DNA from: Bigelowiella natans CCMP2755
Taxonomy: Eukaryota > Protista > Cercozoa
Length of the DNA: 42,199 bases
NCBI GenBank assembly: GCA_000320545.1
Contig: ADNK01000139.1
Location: forward strand, 1-42,199
Direction: 5' to 3'
The notes under the pieces are model-generated. The model saw only the letters and a program-made list of their open reading frames with translations, searched no databases and was not told the origin of the DNA. Numbering within the stretch: the first letter of the stretch is position 1; every line of letters starts with the position of its first letter. Of this stretch, positions 17,108 to 29,910 are shown in pieces. The position numbers and the translations under genes are program-made.

Positions 17108-17188
<81 letters not shown>
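17108..17188. repeat. (GA)n microsatellite in divergent intergenic spacer
   Basis: Near-perfect gagaga run of about 80 nt. Confidence 0.95.
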
Positions 17189-17458
17189 GGGGGTACTGCT
17201 GCTGCTGGATCTTGCTTACCTGGGTGCTGCTGGTGCCAGCAAACAAGTGAGCGAGATACAGCAAGGAAGTCGTCGTCATTGCAGAAGCATAAAGGAACGA
17301 AGAATAAGCCTAAGAACATAAGAGACTGAGGATAGCGAGTACCACCCGCACGAGCACTTATAAAACATTTCTCAATTTATACCCGAAATTCTGACTGGGC
17401 TCTGATATGGAAGGCTAAGAAAGTATCAACCTTTTTTGCCATAAGATCCATCCTGGAT

Positions 17459-19123
17459 ATGAACCTAAGAACGCGATTGAGAGCGCTCCGTATTCAAGTT
17501 GCTTGGATTATAGTTATTGCTGCGATTGTATTACTTTCATTTTCAAACATACCAAAGAGAACAATAGGCTCATCCTTGGGAAGGGTGAGGGAAAATGTCG
17601 CTGCATCGGATTTATTTGTGAGGAAAGAGCGTCCTTGCATGGGTTAAACACAACACAAATGCCAGCCGTAGCGTGAATTTTTTTATCATGACATTTGCTG
17701 CTGATTCAGTGATTTTGATACTTTACTTTGTTGTTTGTGTACTGCTCTAGTATTTGAGAAAGAGAACCGGCTCGTCTCAATTAAATGCTGCGCCCTTTCG
17801 AAGATGCATTACTGTTCAGTTCCATTGCGATTGTCTCGAAGACCCCCTCGTCGTCGTCATCATTATTCTCCCAGAAGCAGGAACCGTTGGAGTGACGAGG
17901 AGAGGGGAGAAGGATGGACCACCGAAAGAAATGCCGCACAGATACTGAACAAATACAACATAAAAAAGAAGTCTGTTGCTGCCACCGGCAAAAGGACAAC
18001 TTATTTCCGTGCTACCGAAGATGAACACTTTACTTACAGTTATGCAGCACAAGAGGAAGAAGAGGAGGTTGAAGTAGCTATCAGTGCTCCTCAGCACTTA
18101 GCCTTTACCAATTTTCGGAACGTTACGGCTGAGATCAAAATTAACGCCCTCCCTAAGATTGTTTGGAACCTCATCACAGACTATGAAAACCTTCACAAAG
18201 TAAGTATCATCCATCTTAGACCATCTTAATATTACTCTACTCGTTTATTTTCCCCTTCCTTTTTATTCCTCCGTTTTTTTTTTATTCGTCTATTTTCTGC
18301 TTAGATTGTTCCGAACTTAGCTGTAAACCAAGTCGTAGAGAGGTGGAATGGCGGCGCGCGACTGTTGCAGGTTGGAGAGCAGAGACTCATATCACAAGGA
18401 AGCTCTATTCCAGGAGCAAACTTCCTAACCCCTAAGCTCACATTTCGGGCAAGATGCACGCTTGATTGCCAGGAGTATCTAAAATCTGAGATGAAGGAAG
18501 GGGGGGAGGGTTATATCAACTTCGTTCAAGTGAAAGGTGACTTTGAGGATTTTTCAGGTAAATATTAAATCCTATCTACTGAAGCCCATGCAGTAGAACT
18601 AATGAATCAATCACATAATGAGAATATAAATCAGTCCAAATTACATGCAACAGCCTAGTAGGTAATAATAGGACATTATGTAATGCCCGTATTGTTCACA
18701 ATGTTTTGGTTGTTCCTTGGTATTATTCTTATCTTTGTATCTGTTATTATTATCAAAAGGTTCTTGGTTTTTAGAAGCATTGGAAAATGATAACAACGAT
18801 TGCGATCATGGTGATAGTAAACTATCTCACGAAGAAGAAAAAATGGAGCAACAGACCTCGTCAGCATTCGATTACTCCTCCGCGACAACTTCTTCGCCTT
18901 CACAACATCATCTTCATAATAATCAACATGATCATCATGATCATGTTGGATTATCTGAAACTAGTAATACAGGTATTTGTTCTACTACTACTACTACAAC
19001 AACAAGTACCCTCCTACGTTACAATCTTGGCGTACGTCCCGCCGCGTGGCTACCTGTGAGACTGATAGAGGTGCTTTGTTATGTGGTGGATGTGGTGCTG
19101 GTGCTGGTGCTGGTATGACGATG

Positions 19124-19158
<35 letters not shown>

Positions 19159-20272
19159 TTTTAATGGTGATATTCCGAGAATATGATGGTGATGATGATG
19201 ATAGTCGTAGCGGGATCATAACGTTTTAATAATTTCATTGTTATGCAGCACATGATGACCAGCAAGTTCTCCTTCCTCTAATATTGTGGCTTATTGATAC
19301 ATTGTTCTGATGTCTCTTCAGCGTCGTATGGCGAACGATGTCAAGCAAAATCTCAATGCAATTCGCCAAGCAGCGGAAAGGATTCAGTTGAAGCACCAGC
19401 AGCAACAACAACAACAACGAGACAGTGGTATTCTTCTCAGATCCTTAAATGAGAAAAGGGGGATGAAGGAGTTAGTAGAAACAAGAAATTATCGAAAATC
19501 GACTCCAAGTGCCCTTCCTTCTTCTTCTTCTTCTTCTTCTTCTTCTTCAGTGCTGCAGGAGAATGCTAAAGAGTGGGAGCCACATGTAGTATCTCTAATA
19601 TATAATGATGACGATGATAGACAAGACAAAGAAGGAACTGCACATTATCAAGATTATCATTCTCAACCACATCACGATGAAGAAGAGCTTCAAAAACCTC
19701 TATCGTTGTCATCATCGTCGTCGTCGTCATCATTATCATCATCAGCATCATCACCGCATCGTCGTAGCCAACAAGTTTTCGTCGATCTTGGCCTAACGCC
19801 TGTTGATCTTGCACCGCCGGGGGTTCTACCGTATTTCCTATCTCACACCACAATTGGACGTGCTATTGGTTCTCTCACTGTTCCAGTACCATTCTTCTTG
19901 CTGCCTATCTTTTTCTCACACGGTACTAATAGTCATTACAAGGAGGGGGTAGAGGAGGAAGAGGATGATGAAACAAAGGAAAACAAGAATCTTTCTTTGA
20001 AAAATATCGTGAATGTACGGAAAAGAAGTAACGACATCAATTCTACCAGCATTTTGGGTAGAAAAAGTTGGACGGGTAGTAGATATAATGCTGCAACTGG
20101 TGGTGGCTGGGGGGGAAGTCAACGAAAGAAAAGAAATACAAAAAACAGCTCCTCTGGGGAGTATTTGGTAGCGTGGCATCGTATGCGAGAACTATTCGGC
20201 GTTGAAAAGTATCAAGATATCATACATGAGGCTACAATGAATCCCCACGTACAGTCCCAAAAAAATAAGTAA
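17459..20272 (+). CDS. SRPBCC/START polyketide cyclase-dehydrase family protein (cyanobacterial/plastid type) with bipartite N-terminal leader
   Basis: Exons ending 18199, then 18305-18557, 18760-19070, 19322-20272 give RNVTAEIKINALPKIVWNLITDYENLHK/IVPNLAVNQV...RLLQVGEQ...FRARCTLD...INFVQVKGDFEDFS/GSW...TLLRYNLGVRPAAWLPVRLIE/RRMANDVKQNLNAIRQAAE. The N-terminus has a hydrophobic signal then an R/S-rich stretch; first intron boundary uncertain. Confidence 0.8.
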
Positions 20273-21336
20273 TTCAGAAGTAAAATACATTAGAGACGGA
20301 GTAATTTCAAATTGTTCTAAAGGCAGTATGACCATCATCATCCAGATCATCATCTTCATAATATCTTCCGTGTGAACGAAAGCTGAAAGGTATCCAACCT
20401 TTGCACGATCCAATCATGATTTGCTGTTTGGGTGCTTTGATGTGTGATTTCAAATTTAATTTGACATGTGCAATGATGATGATTTTTGTACGAAATCTGT
20501 AAGTGCATGTGGCGCATGCTAGAATGCGCGTGCATGAAAAACATGGCACATGCACAGCCAGCACACGAGTCATACAAAGCAAATGCTAGAATGTTAGCCG
20601 TCAAGTAAGCAAACACATGCAAGGAATATGAGGAGCGTCAGTCCTGCATGTTTCTGATGTGTCTTTTTGTGGTGCATGCACTGCCACATGTCATAGCAGG
20701 CCCACAGCTAGGATGATGCGCGTGCAGGCTAGCATCGCAGAACCTGGTCTTGCATGATCAAATTCATCAGGTCTAGAGCTAGAAAGGTCGTTGCAAAATG
20801 CAAATTGTGCACTGGTTGATGTTCATAGCGGATGCAGGACAATCTGCAAATTGGCGCACTGGACTAGCAATGGACTGGATGCAACAGGTGCTTGTGCATG
20901 ACACGCTAGCACTGGCACATGGCTGGCTAGCTGGGTGTGGCCAATCTAGCAATGCTAGAATGAGAAGGTGAACCTGAAAATTGCTGAAACTGGTCAAATT
21001 GAGTCTCCAACTTCACAGTGTTGCATGCATGTTGCATGCAGCGCATGAAATTACTTCATTCATTCTCTCGAAATCCGAAACGATTTCGGCAAACACACCT
21101 AAAGATCTCTCGCTGTTGAATGACTGTGGCGAAAGTCGCGAAAAATGACTTGAGAGCAGCTAGAGCCGCCCGGCGCGAGAGTTCAGTGGGCAGCAGGCCT
21201 TGCATCTCTCTCCTATCCTTTCCACCAGATGCCAGGAGGGGGGTCATCAGGGTGCCGCTTGGACAAAAAATGGAAGGAGTCAAGGTGCAGCCCTACACCA
21301 GCAGCGACGAGCAACAAGCCTGTGGCCCAGCACGGG

Positions 21337-21473
21337 GAATGTCGCAGGTTAGAATTCGAAGGTGAACGAATGTCGCAGGTCAAATTAGACGTACATCAAA
21401 TGTTTGTCGCACACATGAAGAGTTGTCGCAGGTCAAAAATAGATATCTCAAATGTTTGTCGCATACATAAATC
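21337..21473 (+). repeat. Degenerate ~52-nt tandem duplication with five TGTCGCA motifs (possible transposon subterminal array)
   Basis: Units 21371-21420 and 21424-21473 share tgtcgcaggtcaaa...tcaaatgtttgtcgca; partial copy at 21340. Confidence 0.75.
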
Positions 21474-21849
21474 GGCTCGCCGCATCGATCCTCCTCGCCC
21501 ATGGAGCAGGACGCCAGCAATGGGACGGCCACAACCCAATCGATGATGAAAACAGCAGCCTTTACCAAATTCCGCGAAACTTTGGCATCGTCAGATGAAG
21601 AGCTGAATGATACAAAGGTGTAATGACGAACATGGGACTTATGGAAGACACCACAGATGAATTTGTGACAATCGATCCATCCTTTTTGGTCACATCGTCA
21701 TTCTCATGCGGCTGTACTTTTTCGAATGCTTCATTCTGCAAATTTTGCACAATGCTTATCATCTATTTCATCATCTTGTCGCCATCCCTAATCTCTTTAC
21801 GCTCTGATGCGTTGTGCGTTACACTACGAGAGACAGTGGTTAATTATCA

Positions 21850-23170
21850 TCATATTTATGTTCAAATGACTTCGTAACGAGCAGGAGCTCCGCAGGGAGT
21901 CACGAGACTGGGGTTTAAGAAAAGAAGAGGGGAAGAAGAAAAAAAGAACAAGAGGACGGTATGCTCTCTGATACATTTCTTTAATCCAAGTTTGGATGAT
22001 TTGTGGACAACGATGCTGATGATGTGCTGCAAGCTTTCTTGTAGATAGTAGTAGAGCTGTGTGTGAGCAATCCACCCGTGAATTTTGATTGTACTATAAA
22101 TCATTATTAGGGGAGGAGCAAAATGTTCTCTGGAAGGTGGGAAAAAGGTTAGTGCCGGCCATCAAAGTCGTCGTCGTAGAAATGGAAGAGAAATGACGAA
22201 AGGAAGAAGAGCACAGCTAGGCATATCCCGACATCAAAAACACTTGTGGAAGGCGTTGTCACCAAATATGCATACTGGGGCTCTTATTACAACAATGGTA
22301 TGATTGGTAGCAATTATATTCTAACATACAAACTATAATATATATCCGTTGATCCTAATGAATTCCTGTCATCTGTTTTTATCTACTTTTATGCCGTGAC
22401 ATTTTGTTTTTTTGGTTCAGTGTCGATTGCTTAGAGAACCTAAGAAGCATCTAATAGAAATAATAGTTGATGATATAGGCCATGCAATGGCTGTTCAGGT
22501 TGAAACCATCGAATATATCTTGCATTTTTACCGTTTCTCTTACTTTTTTGTCGCCCTTCTCGGTATCAGATAATGCATGAAACCAAGCAAGTTCTGCACA
22601 AAGGTGGTATGAGGCGGGTAGATGGAAACGGTTTGAGGAAGCCTGGAGGTAGTAGGACATACACTTTGTTGGTGGTTGGTTGTTATTATATATGGGCAGT
22701 TGTCGCTGTCAAACTTGGATCATCTTCAACCCAATGGCACCTCCAACCAAATTAATTCAATCGTCATAGAGATGAGAACGCTAACACAGCTACAATGTAA
22801 ATTATCAGGTGTATTCATAACTATTCTGAGAAAACACATCACGGATGAAAACTATAAACAACTGATGAAGGATGCAAAAAAGAAATGGGGGAAGATCAAG
22901 AGGTCGTAGTTTTGGAAGATATAGGAAAATAAAACGAAACATTCGCGTCGATTGGGAAGAATCGAAAAAATGATTAAGAATAACTTGTAATTCCAGGAAA
23001 CAACAAGAGGAAATAGGTGCAACAACCAACAATAGAAGTTCGGGTGGGAGTGGAAGTAACATCGACGGCTGCGAACAGACGAATTCTAAGATGGAAATTT
23101 CGATGGTAGACAAACAAGAAGAGCAGACCATAGGAGGTGTCTCTGATCAAACAACTTTGACCTATAATTA
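21850..23170 (+). pseudogene. Possible decayed spliced gene
   Basis: Purine-rich coding-like segments with splice-like boundaries (e.g. CRLLREPKKHLIEIIVDDIGHAMAVQ/IMHETKQVLHKGG...) but repeated in-frame stops; no coherent full model. Confidence 0.3.
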
Positions 23171-24106
23171 ATAGCAGCACCGATATGTAGATTTGCATGG
23201 AGCGTGAAATTTATAGTCTTCACAATAAAAGCTAATGAAAACGACTCTGCATTATCTTTGTTAATTTGTCAGCTTATTTTTAGCATGTGAAATAATGAGT
23301 GTGAAATAATGGAGTATTAGACACAAGGAGGATATTACGCACGTACTTACACTATATATAAGTATACAAGATACGCATAAGCAATCCTTATATTATGGTA
23401 CGTGGCCGTAGTCGATCACGGTTCTATAGGCGACACGCAATATATATGCCTTGAGTGCACATGTTGCTAATGCGTAAGCGTAGTGTGCGCAGATCCTAGG
23501 CTAGACTACGCAATTGCATGCGTGCGGCATGTCAGATGTTATAATGTAGCATAGTTTTAGCTGTATTGTATTCAGTATAGCATCAGTATGTCAGAGTGCG
23601 TATTGTCCGTTATGTGTGCATGGGGCATCGTATGCGCACGATATTTGTGGTAAAGAGTGCTGATATGTGTACGTTATTACTCGCGCGCTACTATTGTCAA
23701 AGTCTGAGAATTTTTTGCGTCGACGAAGTCTTATTTGCAGATTTTGAAAGTGCAAATAACTGCTTGGCACAAAACAAATGCAAAAGCATTGGCCACGGGG
23801 ACTGCACAGGCAGCAGTACATTTCTATTTAGCAAGCTTGTTTTGTTTTCATTTTTGAACATCGAGCAGGGTGATTCCTGTGGTGAAAGAATTTGGCCAAT
23901 AGACCACGCAGCTGTCCGCCAAATAACCCCTTTTTAGTAGGTACTCAAATATGACTCAGGTAACGTACCAGCTTTCACGATGCCAGCAGTAGCAGCAGCT
24001 CAAATTATTTCACAACTGTACTTCTTTCGGTAAGGACACTCCAGATCCTAACCAACATTGTTCATTTTTCTACTCTCTTCGTAATGTCATGATGCTAGTG
24101 GCTATT

Positions 24107-24806
24107 TTAAGCATGTTTTGAGGATTGATTGCTGTGATTAGTAGTTCTTGTTGGTGAATTCTTGAAGAAGACGTCGGAAGATTCTTCCTCTGTAGCGGAG
24201 AGATAGCCCCCAATGCTACCTTCGCTCCGTATAGGGAGTCCATTCCAGTTATTATTCTCCTTTATTTGAATATTATTGTGATTTTTGTTATCATCTGCAA
24301 ACGCTACCCGAACAGTGGGCGCTGTGCTATTTTTCTGCTCTTCTTTTTCTTCCTGTAATAGCGTCACATCATCCATGTCCTTGTGATTTCCTCCTCTCAA
24401 TTCTGGAATGCCTCCTATGTCGAGATGAACACCTCCTCTCAATTCTGGAATAATGCCTCCTATGTCGAGATGAACACCTCCTCTCAATTCTGGAATAATG
24501 CCTCCTATGTCGAGATGAACACCGCCGTCGGTGGGATTGATTTCGCCTCCTCCTCCTCCTCCTAGCCCGTTGTTATTATTATTGGAGGAAGAAGAGGCTG
24601 AACCTTTACCGTCATTCTCCACCACTGAGAAGTTGAGTTTATCATATACGTACGTGTCGCCAGAGCCTGAACCATGCATGGCTGTTGCTCTGACGCTCCA
24701 TGCACGATAAATGTACAAACACAGTACCAAGAGAGATACTACTCCAAGACGTACCCACTGAAAGTAAGGTATTAGACAGCAGCAGGTCAATAGGAGGGGG
24801 AACACG

Positions 24807-24839
<33 letters not shown>

Positions 24840-25012
24840 CTTTTATTAGAAGCTCCAACAGTGACAGAATCATTTAAAGTATCAGTATCACCATGTTGCT
24901 GGCACTATTACTACACTACTTACAATAAACTAATATTACACACATAAGGACGAGATTCTGCTGCAGCAGTTGGTAAGTAAGTAGCCTTCATGATCACAAG
25001 AAACATCGTCAC

Positions 25013-25044
<32 letters not shown>

Positions 25045-26531
25045 CTCTTGTAGTAGTAAGTAACTAGTGGGTTGTTCTCTATTTGTTTTACCGCTTCCCA
25101 ATGCAGCTGTACTGCCATAAATATGTTGGATCCAAGTCCTAGTAACGGTATCAGCGGCACGAATGGACATCTATACGTCGTTTGACTACTCTGTGCTATC
25201 ATCCCACCGCCACCACTCCTTTCAGGAACAGCAGCATCGAATGGAAATCTAAAGATAGGAATCCTGATGGATGGAAGAAGGAGGGAAAGGAGGACGAATA
25301 TTATACCAAGTAGAGTAGGAGTAGTAGCAGATATATTCATGGAGCTTATGATGATGAAAATGATCATGGCTACTACTACTACTACCACTACTACTACTAC
25401 TACTGCTACGACAATGCATAACAACGAGGATAGGATGTGTGAAGGTTTGTTGTACGATCATGATGACAACGAAGACGATAGGAAAGAGGAGAAGGAGGAG
25501 GAGGGAGTGATGCTTCAATCTCACAACAAATAACAATACTACCACGTGAAGAGGGTTGCCGCAACAAGAATCACGGAGACATAAAACGGAAATTGAAGTC
25601 GAATGCTAATAGACATGCACAAAGCCAGCAACGAATAGCAGCCTATCCAACCCAACGCAGGGCGATTATGTGCGCTGCGAAACGACAGAATAGACCAGCA
25701 TACTAACTACAAGATATATTATGTCAACAACAACAAGAAGAAGATGAAGAAATGTAAATGATATGATGAGGATGATGACTTATGACGTCGTGAATCAATT
25801 AATTTAATGTTGTAATGTTGTTGAGGGCTGACAAGTAGTACTACTTACTGAATACGCTAGCATGATCCCAATCGATAAAAACTTTGACAAAGCCTAGTTG
25901 AAGTAGCAGCAGCACAAAGATTCACTTACTGTTGATGTTGTTGATGATGATAATGCGGCAAGCAGCTATCTCCCCACGATGAGAACAATCTCTACAATTC
26001 CATTGGTTCTCTAACCCCTCCTTTCTCTCCTCCTTCCTAGTTCTTTTCTCCTTTTTACAACATACCACATCCTCCCCCCCCTCGTCCTCCTCCTCGTTCC
26101 ACTAAGTAATCTGCTGCTTGCTGCTGTAGTACGTACGTACTACCTCGACGTCGAATGGAGTTGCTAGCAAAGCAGCAATGATGCCGCACCAAATTTGGGC
26201 AAAAACAGGAACTCGTAGAGTCCCCGACACATGTCCCAGGATCTCAGGCAATAGCCCATCCCGTGTAATCGACAAGTACAAACGAGACTGTGCGTACATT
26301 CCAGTGAGAAGAGTTGTTCCTAGTCCCACAGTAGCTCCAATATTTATCATCTATTTCAATACACAACTCAATTACATAATACATCAATCTGTCCTGTTAG
26401 CCAACAGCAGAGCGTTATTATCATTGTCATCACAACCGTTAGTATCATTATTATCATCCTCATCCTCCTTTCTCCTCCTATTTTTGTAGATGTTTTCCCT
26501 CCTCCCTTTTCTCTGCTGCTATTTCCTACTA

Positions 26532-26563
<32 letters not shown>

Positions 26564-28200
26564 ACTACCATCATACCTGCTGACCCCATGCGAGCTTTGC
26601 AGTACTCAGTGCATCAGAGAGGGGAGCACTCTCCGATATATCTGTGATGATTGATGATCACAAAACACAACATCAATCAATTATCCTTACGGTCTATCTT
26701 ATGAATTACGTGTACATAGTAGTAGTAGTGGTAGTAGTAGTAGTAGTACCTTGGTAGGGAACCAACCCTGTAAGAATTAATGACACCAAACAGTAGAGCA
26801 GGGCGCATATTCCCAAAGAGCTTACGATGGCTATTGGTAGGTCTCTCTGTAATGAGTACGTAGGATTAACGAGATTATTACATCTTAACTTTCTTTAAAA
26901 AATAATAACACGACGATATCATCATCATCACCACATTATGTATAGTCAACGTGATCATCATTGCTAGTATTACCGATGGGTTTCTTGCCTCTTCGGCTGC
27001 ATTTGCAACCACGTCAAATCCAATGTAGGAGAAGAAGACAGTAGAAGTTGCGGAGAATATCTGAAAGAGTAGGCGATGAAATCGTGATAATGATAATGAT
27101 AATGATGATGATAACTAATAATTTTTATCAAAGGATGGTTTACTAGTTCGGAAGGTGAAGTAGAGAAAATAATCGATTTATTATTGAGTTTCGCATACAT
27201 ATCTAGATACTGGCTTACTCTCTTCTTCTTCACCTCTGCTTATGATGTAAGTCGTGTGTATGTATTATCTATGGTTTTTCCTCATTCCCCCTCCTCTTGG
27301 TTCCTTTCTCCCCCTTTTCCTCCTACCCTATGGTCGTCATGTAACCACTACTCACCGATGATGCCCCTTTTGGAGCAAGGGGGGTCCAATTGGAAGCTTC
27401 TACCTAACAAGTAGTAGTAGTTATTTTTAACATAGTATTAGAGATTCGATTCTGGTGGTGTTGGGAGAGGTGTTGTAGTATTTACTTTTGAAGCTCCTCC
27501 TATGACCACAAGGAGGACGATGAAAATCTGTTTCAAAGTAGTGGTAGTAGTAGTAGTGATCATATTATTGACGGATATCGTTGATGGTGCTGCTGTAACG
27601 CTTGTCTCGGAAGGTTTGTCAATGACAAATTATTATAGCAGATTCATCGCCATTGTTTCGATCAATTGATTCATTCACAGAAGAAGAAGAAGAAGAAGAA
27701 GAAGAAGAGGAGGAGGAGGAGAACAACTACTTACTTATACGATTACTAGATTGTGCTGTAGCTCCTACCTAGAGTAGCAAGCTGCAACGAGTAGTATAAT
27801 GACGCTGTACAAGTATTACTACAACTCCTAGTACCTTGAGCGATGTGAGAACTAGATTTGTCCACTTCGACTCCTTCACTCCTCTCACAAGGATGATCGT
27901 AAATACGCATAGAAAGAAGGGAGCAAGAACGCTCACCTTAAGAAGGAGGAGGAGGAGGAGGAGGGAGAGGGATGTGGTAACAGTATTACGTAAAAAGAAA
28001 TATCAGATTAGTAGTTCTTGTGCTTCTCCTTTCATTATCATCATCATCATCATCATCATCATCATTCCTTTCCTCCTCATTTTTTCCTCGTTGTCAAATA
28101 CTTACATTGACAGCAGAGTTGACTTCATACTCGCCAAATTCGCTCGGAATTTGGACATGCCATCCATTTAGCATCTTTACGAAGTAAACACTCATCGACC

Positions 28201-28236
<36 letters not shown>

Positions 28237-29247
28237 GGATTATTTGAGGTAGTAGAGCAGGTCAGGTCAGGGACCGTCAAGCAAAGGTTAGGCAGAAAAC
28301 AACAAGTAGTAGTAGTAGGGTTAGGCCGATGATACTGTAAGAGCACCTGCTTATCGTAGCTGCACCGACATGGTAGTCAAACAAGAGGTTGATGCCAACA
28401 AGTAGCGCTGGGAATTCACCAAACGCAAGAATAGTATACCTATGGATTATGATGATGATGATGATGATAATGGGTGATGGATAATGTTGAACACGGGATT
28501 AACGCATCCTCTATACTATGATCTACTGAGATGTGACAATGAAGATATGTAGATATGTTTATGTTCACACACGGAGAGAGAAAATGTATGCGCGCGCGGT
28601 GTGTGTGTGTGTGTGTGTGTGTGTGTGGTGCGCGCGTGTGTTGGTGTTTCGAAACAAAGCGTGTTGATTCGAAGTTATTATGTTATGTTTGGAAAAGGAG
28701 CATGTCGATTTGATGTGTATGTTTGGAAGAGGAGCGTGTCGCTGATTTCAAGTTGTTATTATTATCTTCTTACAAGTAGGCTGATCCTGACACAGCGAAT
28801 CTCGAAGACATCTCAGCGTAACATAGTGCATTTAGAATGCATGCAGCAGCGGCAAGACCAAAGGAGATGATAATCTACATTTAGTATGTTGTTGCACAAC
28901 AGAAGAGGAAAAAGAAGAAGAAGAAGAAGGAGGAAAGGAGTAATAGTCAGTTTTCTAATAGGGTAGAGTGGTTATTTCATTTTGTAGAGATCTAGTACCG
29001 CAGGACCAGCCTCCCTAGCCGCAATGCCTGTTAGCACAAAAATGCCTGCACCAATGGAGCCTCCAACGCCCATCATGATCAAATCTAAGACTGAGAGAGA
29101 TCGAATGAGTTCTTCCTCATCATGCTGACGATTTCCTCCAGCAGATTGAATGTTTTTAACACGAAAGGCGTATGCGACGAAAGCCTTCCAAAAGAGAGAT
29201 ATATCAGAGGCGCCCCTGTGCTGTGTGGATGAGGACGACGAAACCAT
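24107..29247 (-). CDS. Cationic amino acid transporter (APC superfamily, CAT/SLC7-like), many exons
   Basis: LIRSLSVLDLIMMGVGGSIGAGIFVLTG, ALCYAEMSSRFAVSGSAY, NWTPLAPKG, FFSYIGFDVVANAAEEARNP/RDLPIAIVSSL, QSRLYLSITRDGLLP, YRCPFVPLIPLLG.SNIFM, WVRL appear in the expected order across GT-AG introns. Confidence 0.93.
24390..24523 (-). repeat. In-frame 45/45/42-nt tandem repeat (GGVHLDIGGIIPELR x3) in the transporter C-tail
   Basis: Three near-identical copies of cctcctctcaattctgga(ata)atgcctcctatgtcgagatgaaca. Confidence 0.95.
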
Positions 29248-29807
29248 AACGCTATAGCTTCATGAGAGGAGAAGGAGAAAAGCCTGAGCACACATTGAAT
29301 GGGTGTACATCTATTCAAACAAAGTTACAAAGTAGCGAATGAGTTCCACCTTCCTTGTGATTATGACCTTTTGTTTTTCGAAAAGCGGATAGAAAGCTGG
29401 CTGGAGCACGCCTTGCCGATGATGGTTGACTTTTATTTATGCTTACTGCTTCCGATGAAAGGGGGAGGTGGAAGGATTTCAGGCAGCAGATGAACCAGGA
29501 ATAAGGAAAATATTTAGACAGAATTTTGATAGATATTTATAGGATGAATGGGACTCAGTTCCTATCAACACACACACACACACACACACACAATGCAATA
29601 CTTGCTATGACACAATGATGTTAGTTAGTTAGTTTGTTAGTTATTCTGTTCGCGTCCTTGACTTCCCAGCTATGTTGTTACACCGAAGTGATTTTCATAG
29701 TGGATGTTCTCTTATAACGGACATTGTTAAGTATTAAATCAATTCCGAAAATATCTTTTCACCTTATTTTTCGAATGAATCCCAGCCATCATCATCATCA
29801 TCATCAT

Positions 29808-29853
<46 letters not shown>

Positions 29854-29910
29854 AGTTGTTGTCCCTAAGTCATCATCAAGCAGTTCTGGAGGAGGAGGAG
29901 GACGACGAAC

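Noticed and set aside
21337-21473. CRISPR-like array
   Set aside because: Repeats are short and degenerate, spacers are similar to each other, the context is eukaryotic and no cas genes are present.
28286-28326. ggttagg / gggttagg as telomeric repeat
   Set aside because: Isolated single units inside an intron; no tandem array.
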